A stretch of 64,000 bases of DNA from a virus: positions 32,001 through 96,000 of IMG/VR virus record IMGVR_UViG_3300042564_002372; one strand, written 5' to 3'. A model generated the notes under the pieces. That model had not been told where the DNA came from, made no database searches, and was given only the letters and a program-made list of their open reading frames with translations. The number at the start of each line of letters is the position of its first letter. Position 1 is the stretch's first letter. The position numbers and the translations under genes were made by a program. Positions 57,904-64,000 of the stretch are shown here, piece after piece.

Positions 57904-58499
57904 CTAGTTACACAGAGATTGTATCTGTGCAAATCAGACATATATTATAAATACAATGAAGGGTTCTACGAGGCCAAGCATGTGGTAATGCGTTGTAATA
58001 TATATGGTGTGATCTGTGTAACTAGTTTATCCTTACTAAAGTACAACGAATGTAGGGTAATGTACAATTTAATAAAGTTTTACACGGGAAAACTAAAACT
58101 TCATGTTGTACTTTATCAAGAATTTGTTGAGTGAATAAGAGTAGGAGTGACACCACACACGTAATAATGACATGTTTTCGTAAGTGTCGTTTTTACTATT
58201 CACTATTTTATATAGCATTAACAAACAATTGTATGTGGCCACGTAGTGCCTTAATCCATCCGTGATGCATGTGTAAGCATGTAGGATGGACATACAATTT
58301 CAATGCACCATTCTCACTTCCCAAGGGTGAGCAGTTGTAATAGATGAAGCGTCAGCAAAATGGGTCAATGCAGAAATAATTTCACAGCGACATAACCAAT
58401 GGGTCATGCTGTAATTGTTTGCCTGTGACATAATCTATTACAATTGAGTGCAGAGGGATTTGGAGGGTCAGATGCTCCCGAGCAGGTGCAAGGCCTGCA
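57904..58499 (+). ncRNA. Cluster of structured RNA-like domains (one large ncRNA or several small ones)
   Basis: Five consecutive elements, each closed by a long stem, several with G-U pairs that work only on the plus strand; no credible ORF. See findings. Confidence 0.6.
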
Positions 58500-58531
58500 T
58501 TTATTATTTAATCATTTAAACGCACAACAAC

Positions 58532-58711
58532 ATGTTAAAATCAATTTTAATTTTCTTGTTTCCTAAGACTATTGCTTCTATTAAGAAGGATAGTATTAAT
58601 GAATATCTCTGTAATCATGAAGATCCAGAATTTGATCAAATGCAGGCTGATTATTATGAGATGATGAGTATTGAACATCAACAATGGCTAGAACAAGATG
58701 AAAACATTTAA
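58532..58711 (+). CDS. Hypothetical 59-aa protein (not in the ORF track)
   Basis: MLKSILIFLFPKTIASIKK...; AAACGCACAACAAC leader; overlaps the next gene. Confidence 0.55.
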   Translation: MLKSILIFLFPKTIASIKKDSINEYLCNHEDPEFDQMQADYYEMMSIEHQQWLEQDENI

Positions 58712-58988
58712 TGATTTAGTCTTTATAGATGAGATTATGTATGGCGACTTAAAATGGAGTCGCTCATACATGATATTTGATAATGGATATGGTATATCTG
58801 TTGTAAAAGGTCCTCATAGTTATGGAGGTAAATTAGGCTTATATGAAATTGCTGTCTTAGATAATGATGGCTACATCACTTATGAAACACCTATAACTGA
58901 TGATGTAATAGGCTTTCTTAAGCCTGAAGATGTTAGTAAACACATGATTGAAATTCAAGAATTACCAATTGCACACAAAAACACATAA
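58698..58988 (+). CDS. Hypothetical phage protein
   Basis: 96 aa; FDNGYGISVV...SYGGKLGLYEIAVL resembles a widespread small phage protein family. Confidence 0.7.
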   Translation: MKTFNDLVFIDEIMYGDLKWSRSYMIFDNGYGISVVKGPHSYGGKLGLYEIAVLDNDGYITYETPITDDVIGFLKPEDVSKHMIEIQELPIAHKNT

Positions 58989-58993
58989 AACGA

Positions 58994-59299
58994 ATGAACA
59001 CATTAAAAGTAGTTAGGGCTATAGCAGTGGGAACTGCTCTCCTTGCAGGAATTCTATCTGTTCTCATTATTATGTTTGCTGGAACAGCACTTGAGATGGG
59101 TGTAACAGATGAACAGTTCTTATTCACTGTCATCATCTTTTTCATTTCCACATTATATTGGTTGGCTGTTGATGCTCTTATTAGAAGAGATGAGGCTGAT
59201 ACAGAAGCAATGAAGAAGATTCATCAAACAACATTCAATCAGGCTGCTGTATTGATGATTCTTTCTATTATTGGAACACTTTCTCTGGTATTCTTATGA
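58994..59299 (+). CDS. Membrane protein (about 3 TM segments)
   Basis: 101 aa with three hydrophobic stretches. Confidence 0.7.
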   Translation: MNTLKVVRAIAVGTALLAGILSVLIIMFAGTALEMGVTDEQFLFTVIIFFISTLYWLAVDALIRRDEADTEAMKKIHQTTFNQAAVLMILSIIGTLSLVFL

Positions 59300-59502
59300 A
59301 GTATGCCAGAGAGTGTTCTATTACAGGTGAAGGAATGAATGAGGGATGGGTGGGAGATGATGGATGTGTCTATTTTAAATATGAAAAAGATGCAAAGCAA
59401 TGGTGCATAAGCAGAGGATATAGAGATATTGATGATGCTTATGTTGATGATGTAATTTATTACACAGAATGGGATGAGTTTGAACTAGACTTTGAAGAAT
59501 AG
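59296..59502 (+). CDS. Hypothetical phage protein
   Basis: 68 aa; ATGA overlap with the previous gene. Confidence 0.7.
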   Translation: MKYARECSITGEGMNEGWVGDDGCVYFKYEKDAKQWCISRGYRDIDDAYVDDVIYYTEWDEFELDFEE

Positions 59503-59504
59503 CC

Positions 59505-59714
59505 ATGATTGTAGCAAGACAAAGTATTATATCTGGTAAGGTTTATCAGATGGAATTGGATATCACTCAACAACAGTTGGATGATTTTGCTAATGATAAA
59601 CTTGGATTGATTCAAGAAGCATTTCCTCATTTGTCTATTGATGAACGTGAATTCATCATATCTGGTATCCATCCAATAGAATGGAGAGAGTTATTTGGAG
59701 AATTAGAAGAATAA
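59505..59714 (+). CDS. Hypothetical phage protein
   Basis: 69 aa; LIQEAFPHLSIDEREFIISGI. Confidence 0.7.
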   Translation: MIVARQSIISGKVYQMELDITQQQLDDFANDKLGLIQEAFPHLSIDEREFIISGIHPIEWRELFGELEE

Positions 59715-59728
59715 AAAACAAAACGCAC

Positions 59729-59845
59729 ATGAAAAAATTAACTAAAAAAGAATTCAGTGAAAGAGTAGTATTCTATAGTCTACTATCAGCACTAGTCATC
59801 ATGCTAATTGTATGGTGGATTGAGTTTATTAAATACTTCCCATAA
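59729..59845 (+). CDS. 38-aa single-TM microprotein (not in the ORF track)
   Basis: MKKLTKKEFSERVVFYSLLSALVIMLIVWWIEFIKYFP; AAAACGCACATG start context. Confidence 0.55.
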   Translation: MKKLTKKEFSERVVFYSLLSALVIMLIVWWIEFIKYFP

Positions 59846-59958
59846 ATCATATTCTAATATGATTTGTGCGTCTGCTGAGCATCAGAATAAACTGCTCAAT
59901 TATTATAGCATTAATTAAAATCAAAGCAAATAAACAAACAACTAAAGCAAAAACGCAC

Positions 59959-60234
59959 ATGAAAGCACACCAAACAATTGCAGATGTGTTGATGGACATC
60001 AATACGCCTGATGCAGCAAAGAAGTTCGTTGTGATTACAGATCACGAGAACACGTTTTACTTTTCCTATCCAGGAGAAGATGAGTTTAATCCTTTAAGAG
60101 GACAGGCTTTTCTTACACGCACATTTATTCCTTTCGCAATTAGCGTGCATCAAGAAGTGGGATCTCATTTCGTTTACAAATGGGATACAATGAATGAAGT
60201 GGTTGATCATTTTGACTTACTATTTAACTCTTGA
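59959..60234 (+). CDS. Hypothetical protein
   Basis: Likely start MKAHQT with the same AAAACGCACATG context; the ORF track extends it to 59866. Confidence 0.65.
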   Translation: MKAHQTIADVLMDINTPDAAKKFVVITDHENTFYFSYPGEDEFNPLRGQAFLTRTFIPFAISVHQEVGSHFVYKWDTMNEVVDHFDLLFNS

Positions 60235-60503
60235 TAGCCATGAAAGTGAAGAATAAAGAACAACTCGACAAGTTTATCATTACAATGGTAAAACTCTATC
60301 CTACCAATCTCACTTATGCATTCAAGCGTGTGAGTGATATCACTGGGGTTAAACCTTTAGTTATATCAAATAGATGGTACACCAACATTAGACATCGTTC
60401 TGATGTAATTTACAGGATAGTTACAGATGAGGTGGAAATTAAGAACACCAGAGTGATGAGGTCAGATCTGATTGAGAAACTTATGAAAATCTTTAGGATA
60501 TGA
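60231..60503 (+). CDS. Hypothetical basic protein (possible HTH)
   Basis: 90 aa; NLTYAFKRVSDITGVKPLVISNRWY. Confidence 0.6.
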   Translation: MIAMKVKNKEQLDKFIITMVKLYPTNLTYAFKRVSDITGVKPLVISNRWYTNIRHRSDVIYRIVTDEVEIKNTRVMRSDLIEKLMKIFRI

Positions 60504-60745
60504 AACCTCAACTAAAAGAACACATGAAAAATATGACAAGTTTTATTGCATTGATGCTCTCGTTTTACATATTTGTGTATTACATGATCACATTTGCAAT
60601 GATAATTACATGGAGAACATTTGATCTCCATCCATCTCTTGGCTTTTTGGCTCATGTAATAGCTTCACTAGTGATCCTATTAACAATATACATGTATGAG
60701 CCACGTAAAGATAAAGATGATAAAACTCACAGAAGAAGAGATTGA
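60500..60745 (+). CDS. Membrane protein (2 TM segments)
   Basis: 81 aa; two hydrophobic helices and a charged C-terminus. Confidence 0.6.
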   Translation: MKPQLKEHMKNMTSFIALMLSFYIFVYYMITFAMIITWRTFDLHPSLGFLAHVIASLVILLTIYMYEPRKDKDDKTHRRRD

Positions 60746-60863
60746 GAACTTTAGAGCAATTGCTGACAAGTTCAATGTCAAATTTGATGTAAAACAAGTA
60801 AAAAACAATTATTATGTTACAGCCCCTGAGGATAAACTAATCCAATGGGGCTATTACGAATAA
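60717..60863 (+). CDS. Hypothetical 48-aa protein (not in the ORF track)
   Basis: MIKLTEEEIENFRAIADKFNVKF...WGYYE*. Confidence 0.5.
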   Translation: MIKLTEEEIENFRAIADKFNVKFDVKQVKNNYYVTAPEDKLIQWGYYE

Positions 60864-60867
60864 AATT

Positions 60868-61011
60868 ATGAGCGCATTTACAGAGGAAGAAATAAACACT
60901 CTCATAGAATTGTGGCGTGATAAGCTTACAATCAAAGAGATGGCATGGACAATGAAAAAGAAGCCTACACAAGTGTATTATCAGCTTAAGAAGCGTTCAT
61001 TAGTAGGGTAA
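60868..61011 (+). CDS. 47-aa helix-turn-helix microprotein (not in the ORF track)
   Basis: MSAFTEEEINTLIELWRDKLTIKEMAWTMKKKPTQVYYQLKK matches a Myb/GcrA-like HTH pattern. Confidence 0.6.
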   Translation: MSAFTEEEINTLIELWRDKLTIKEMAWTMKKKPTQVYYQLKKRSLVG

Positions 61012-61066
61012 AATAGATAGGGTTTGATGTTAATCTAAGTCGCCAGTGCTTTCCAGTGGCAAATTT

Positions 61067-61203
61067 AGTCAGGTGGCGGAAAGTGTGCCCTGTTATTACG
61101 GGAAGTACATAGGAAGACGCTAATCACGGAAACCTAGTGAGGTAGTGAACGCAAGTGAAAGATGTCTGCGGATATCATGCATGTTCGAATCATGCCCTGA
61201 CTA
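61067..61203 (+). ncRNA. tRNA-like RNA 1 (137 nt, no canonical anticodon)
   Basis: Acceptor stem AGTCAGG/CCTGACT+A, TGGCGGAA D-arm start, T-arm GCATG-TTCGAAT-CATGC; expanded interior. Confidence 0.7.
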
Positions 61204-61219
61204 CTAAAAATTAAAAGTT

Positions 61220-61321
61220 ATGAATAAAGAAGAAATTAAAGAATGGATTGACAGATGGTCAAAACTAGAACCATCCCCTAAAAGGGATGCTATAATTAAG
61301 ATTTGGTCTAGGCTTCTGTAA
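61220..61321 (+). CDS. 33-aa microprotein between the two tRNA-like RNAs
   Basis: MNKEEIKEWIDRWSKLEPSPKRDAIIKIWSRLL; A-rich leader. Confidence 0.45.
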   Translation: MNKEEIKEWIDRWSKLEPSPKRDAIIKIWSRLL

Positions 61322-61327
61322 TTAAAT

Positions 61328-61436
61328 AGTCAGGTGGCGGAATTGGTAACGCACATACAACGAAGGGTGTGTACAGCCCAACCATAAAGAGAGTTGTATG
61401 GTGGTATAAATGTGGGTTCGAATCCTACTCTGACTA
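61328..61436 (+). ncRNA. tRNA-like RNA 2 (109 nt, no canonical anticodon)
   Basis: AGTCAGG/TCTGACT+A, GCG-GAATTGGTAA-CGC D-arm, T-arm GTGGG-TTCGAAT-CCTAC; 8-nt purine-rich loop in place of the anticodon loop; long variable arm. Confidence 0.7.
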
Positions 61437-61455
61437 CACACTAAAAACAAAACAC

Positions 61456-61617
61456 ATGGAACTACTAATTAGCATACTAATTGTCACCAGCATTTCTACA
61501 TTCATTGCTGTATTTTGGATAAAAGGCATAAACGACATGCATGAAAATTATCCTGATTACAAAGGAGAAGATTTGTTTGATGAAGATTTGAATAAAAATA
61601 AACAAACAAACACATGA
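61456..61617 (+). CDS. Small single-TM protein
   Basis: MELLISILIVTSISTFIAVFW...YPDYKGEDLF; the ORF-track start at 61369 lies inside the tRNA-like RNA. Confidence 0.65.
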   Translation: MELLISILIVTSISTFIAVFWIKGINDMHENYPDYKGEDLFDEDLNKNKQTNT

Positions 61618-61820
61618 AACAGACAGCAGTAGATTGGTTGTTCAACAGACTATGGGAAACACCAAAAGATAAGTTTGCATGGCAAAGTATTTTAAAAGAA
61701 GCCAAAGAAAGAGAAAAGATGCAAATTGAGAGAGCAAATTTAAACGGTGCCTCTGCTACTCTTTTGCACAAATTTGAATTAGGAAAGTATTATAACGAAA
61801 CATACGGAGAAGATGCCTGA
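61614..61820 (+). CDS. Hypothetical phage protein
   Basis: 68 aa; MKQTAVDWL...AKEREKMQI...YYNETY. Confidence 0.7.
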   Translation: MKQTAVDWLFNRLWETPKDKFAWQSILKEAKEREKMQIERANLNGASATLLHKFELGKYYNETYGEDA

Positions 61821-62010
61821 CATAACAATGTGCCCAGGGACAAATTGTCCCCAGAAAGAAAATTGCTACAGATTTACAGCAAAACCTAGTGACTACCAAT
61901 CTTATTTTATGGAGTCACCCATCAAAGATGGTAAGTGTGATTACTATTGGGGAGAGAACGCAGAGAGAATCTGGAATCAACTCAACAATATTGTAAAAGG
62001 AAAAGAATAA
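61813..62010 (+). CDS. Cys-containing hypothetical phage protein
   Basis: 65 aa; MPDITMCPGTNCPQKENCYRF. Confidence 0.7.
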   Translation: MPDITMCPGTNCPQKENCYRFTAKPSDYQSYFMESPIKDGKCDYYWGENAERIWNQLNNIVKGKE

Positions 62011-62044
62011 ATGTCCAGTTTTAATCGCTGGACATTTTTATTTT
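62009..62044 (+). terminator. Intrinsic terminator
   Basis: AAATGTCCAG/CTGGACATTT stem followed by TTATTTT. Confidence 0.7.
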
Positions 62045-62050
62045 AGCACT

Positions 62051-62275
62051 ATGGAAATCTATTTAGGAAAACAAGCGAAAAGTCTATTCTATGGTAGAGA
62101 TGTTCCTATTAATTCAATAGGAGTGTTTCAAACTATAGGAGGAGACTGGTTGTATTGGTTCAATGATAATTGGACGTATGATACAGGGGTGGCTGACACA
62201 GAAGTGGAGGCAATGGAAACAGCAAAAAAGAATTTTAGACCGTACAAAAAACCAAACAATGATGAAACTATTTAA
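62051..62275 (+). CDS. Hypothetical protein
   Basis: 74 aa with an ATG start after the terminator. Confidence 0.6.
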   Translation: MEIYLGKQAKSLFYGRDVPINSIGVFQTIGGDWLYWFNDNWTYDTGVADTEVEAMETAKKNFRPYKKPNNDETI

Positions 62276-62420
62276 AGCAAACAAAGGAATTAAAAGAACA
62301 GGAGATTTAGCACCAAGAGGTGTAAAAAGCACAATTAGAGGAAACTACGGTTTCAATGAAGTAATGGAACATATATTTAACGAAGCAAGAAAACCAGATC
62401 CATCATGGAAAAAGAAATGA
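62259..62420 (+). CDS. Hypothetical basic protein
   Basis: MMKLFKANKG...; the ORF-track start at 62163 overlaps the previous gene heavily. Confidence 0.5.
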   Translation: MMKLFKANKGIKRTGDLAPRGVKSTIRGNYGFNEVMEHIFNEARKPDPSWKKK

Positions 62421-62644
62421 ACACCTACAAGCATTGGGTAAATCTACATCTAGATAAGGACAATGCAGACAAATTCTTTGCTAATATGGCAAGTCAAAGA
62501 CCAGTGTTAGATCCTTCAGGAGAAGTGTTAGAAGATGAATTTATCTATTCAGCATTTCTTTGGGAAAAATCAAACGAGGGTCATGACTATTGGCAAAATA
62601 TTCAAGAAAAACTAGAGCAAGATAATGGGTGGGTCGTTATTTGA
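62405..62644 (+). CDS. Hypothetical phage protein
   Basis: 79 aa; AFLWEKSNEGHDYW. Confidence 0.65.
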   Translation: MEKEMNTYKHWVNLHLDKDNADKFFANMASQRPVLDPSGEVLEDEFIYSAFLWEKSNEGHDYWQNIQEKLEQDNGWVVI

Positions 62645-63143
62645 TATGAGACATCTCATGTGGTTAGAGGCTAACTTAAAGGTTAGCTTCTACCAACCTG
62701 AGAAGCTTGAGCAGGGTATGATCTTTATGAATAGTTTATACCCAGGAACAGACAGAGAGTTTGTTGAGCTATGGTTGCTTGAAGAAGACATCATTGAAGA
62801 AGAGTATGACAACTTTATAAACAAGAATGGTTTTCCTGTTGAGATGATGGTTACACTAGAGATGAAAAATCCTGATGAGCCTGATTTAATTGTGGCATAT
62901 CCGCCAGAAATAGGATGGATTCATCAAAATGACGATTCAATCAGAGAGTTTGATGTTGATGATGCCAATTGGATTATTCAGAATAATAATGGTGTGGTGC
63001 ATGTATTGATTGATGAAGAAGCTTATGATCAAGATGGTACAATCTACACTATCACAGAAGACCAAGAAGTGATTATGAAATACCAATTTGATGATGATAT
63101 ATATGACGATGATTATGATTGGGATGAATACTTGGAAGAATAA
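62625..63143 (+). CDS. Hypothetical acidic protein
   Basis: 172 aa; very Asp/Glu-rich. Confidence 0.65.
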   Translation: MGGSLFDMRHLMWLEANLKVSFYQPEKLEQGMIFMNSLYPGTDREFVELWLLEEDIIEEEYDNFINKNGFPVEMMVTLEMKNPDEPDLIVAYPPEIGWIHQNDDSIREFDVDDANWIIQNNNGVVHVLIDEEAYDQDGTIYTITEDQEVIMKYQFDDDIYDDDYDWDEYLEE

Positions 63144-63182
63144 CTAAAATTATGTATTTTACTAACGAAAAAAATTAAAACG

Positions 63183-63791
63183 ATGGCAGTAGAAATTTAT
63201 TTAGAACCTGAACTAGAAGAGATGGTTGGTTCTGTAGAAGTAACAGAAGAGTGGAAGCAGCTTGCTGAAGAACTTGGTATGGAAGGTCAGTTGAAACTGA
63301 TTACACCAAAGTCAGGAGAAGAAAGTGATAAGAATCCTTCTCCATACATCCACATGAACGCTAAAGCAGAGCGTGTATTTGCAATCCTTTGTCCAGAAGT
63401 GGTTGATTACAAGAAGTATGACAAGTCTACTATCCCAAGAGATGTGCTCAGAGAAATTGCTATGGCTGAAAGACTCAAGTTCTTTGATAAGATTTGTATT
63501 TGGTATGATGATGCTTCTCCAGATCCTCTTGTAGTTGGTTACATCAAAGTGGGAAACTATGAATATGTAAAGCACATGATTGCTAGATTTGGTGATGAAC
63601 TTCTTCCATTTGAAGAATTAGAACGTAAGTCAATCAACAGATTAAAGAAGAGAATGACAGATAAGCTGAAGTCTGCTCTATCTAGTATTGATTCTACAGT
63701 GGATGAGTTCTTCAATCCTACCAGATACAATTCAGAAGTTTTGAGAATTGAGTTCAATGGTGTCACTTACAACCATAGATGTGGTAGTTAA
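63183..63791 (+). CDS. Hypothetical protein
   Basis: 202 aa; IWYDDASPDPLVVG. Confidence 0.7.
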   Translation: MAVEIYLEPELEEMVGSVEVTEEWKQLAEELGMEGQLKLITPKSGEESDKNPSPYIHMNAKAERVFAILCPEVVDYKKYDKSTIPRDVLREIAMAERLKFFDKICIWYDDASPDPLVVGYIKVGNYEYVKHMIARFGDELLPFEELERKSINRLKKRMTDKLKSALSSIDSTVDEFFNPTRYNSEVLRIEFNGVTYNHRCGS

Positions 63792-64000
63792 TGAATGTCT
63801 TAATCTATGACATAGAAACTCTAAAAGAAATGTTTCTCGTGGGGATTTATATTCCTCACGAGAATACATATCATGAGTTTGAGGTGAGCAAAAGCAAATA
63901 TGATCTGGATAGGTTTGTAGAGTTCTCAGAGAAGTATAAAAACTTCTATTGGGTGGGCTATAACAATCTAAGATTTGACTGCCAAGTTGTTGAATGGATC
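63791..64000 (+). CDS. DNA polymerase N-terminal 3'-5' exonuclease (DEDD) domain, partial
   Basis: MNVLIYDIETL (Exo I)...WVGYNNLRFD (Exo II); open to the window end; starts on the TAATG overlap. Confidence 0.75.
   Translation, partial: MNVLIYDIETLKEMFLVGIYIPHENTYHEFEVSKSKYDLDRFVEFSEKYKNFYWVGYNNLRFDCQVVEWI

Noticed and set aside
57895-58293. ORFs 57895..58134 (+) and 58093..58293 (-)
   Set aside because: Atypical composition and no start context like the neighbouring genes; the region is better explained by RNA stems.
58462-58499. Possible tRNA fragment (GCAGG-TGCAAGG-CCTGC)
   Set aside because: Only a T-arm-like hairpin; no acceptor stem or D-arm found.
57904-58499. CRISPR array or hammerhead ribozyme in the non-coding block
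   Set aside because: No direct repeats with spacers and no CUGAnGA/GAAA core seen.
1-64000. Stop-codon reassignment (TAG or TGA) as in some crAss-like phages
   Set aside because: The giant ORFs are intact in the standard code, and TAG/TGA end tightly packed genes (e.g. TAG at 44148 and 59502, and ATGA overlaps).

Overview
64 kb of an AT-rich crAss-like (Crassvirales-type) phage genome in the standard genetic code; the host is probably Bacteroidota. Bases 1-57254 are a co-oriented minus-strand virion module. Read in the direction of transcription it encodes a winged-helix protein, an HU/IHF-like protein, a Zn-finger protein, large terminase, portal, scaffold-like protein, major capsid protein, ring/auxiliary proteins, tail fibres (one with long Gly-Thr/Ser triplet repeats), a muzzle/stabilisation protein that appears split in two, three cargo-like proteins, a 4125-aa virion RNA polymerase (DFDID motif) and a >1685-aa polyvalent protein that runs off the left edge and is absent from the ORF track. 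After a strand switch at about 57.3 kb come a roughly 600-nt non-coding block of consecutive multibranch RNA-like structures, many small plus-strand genes, two tRNA-like RNAs that share an acceptor stem but lack a canonical anticodon loop, and the start of a DNA polymerase (DEDD exonuclease). The most novel-looking signals are the structured-RNA cluster, the anticodon-less tRNA mimics, and two cargo proteins punctuated by a repeated [AFYM]-[QK]-x-G(G) motif. All family assignments come from motifs and synteny read by eye; no searches were run.
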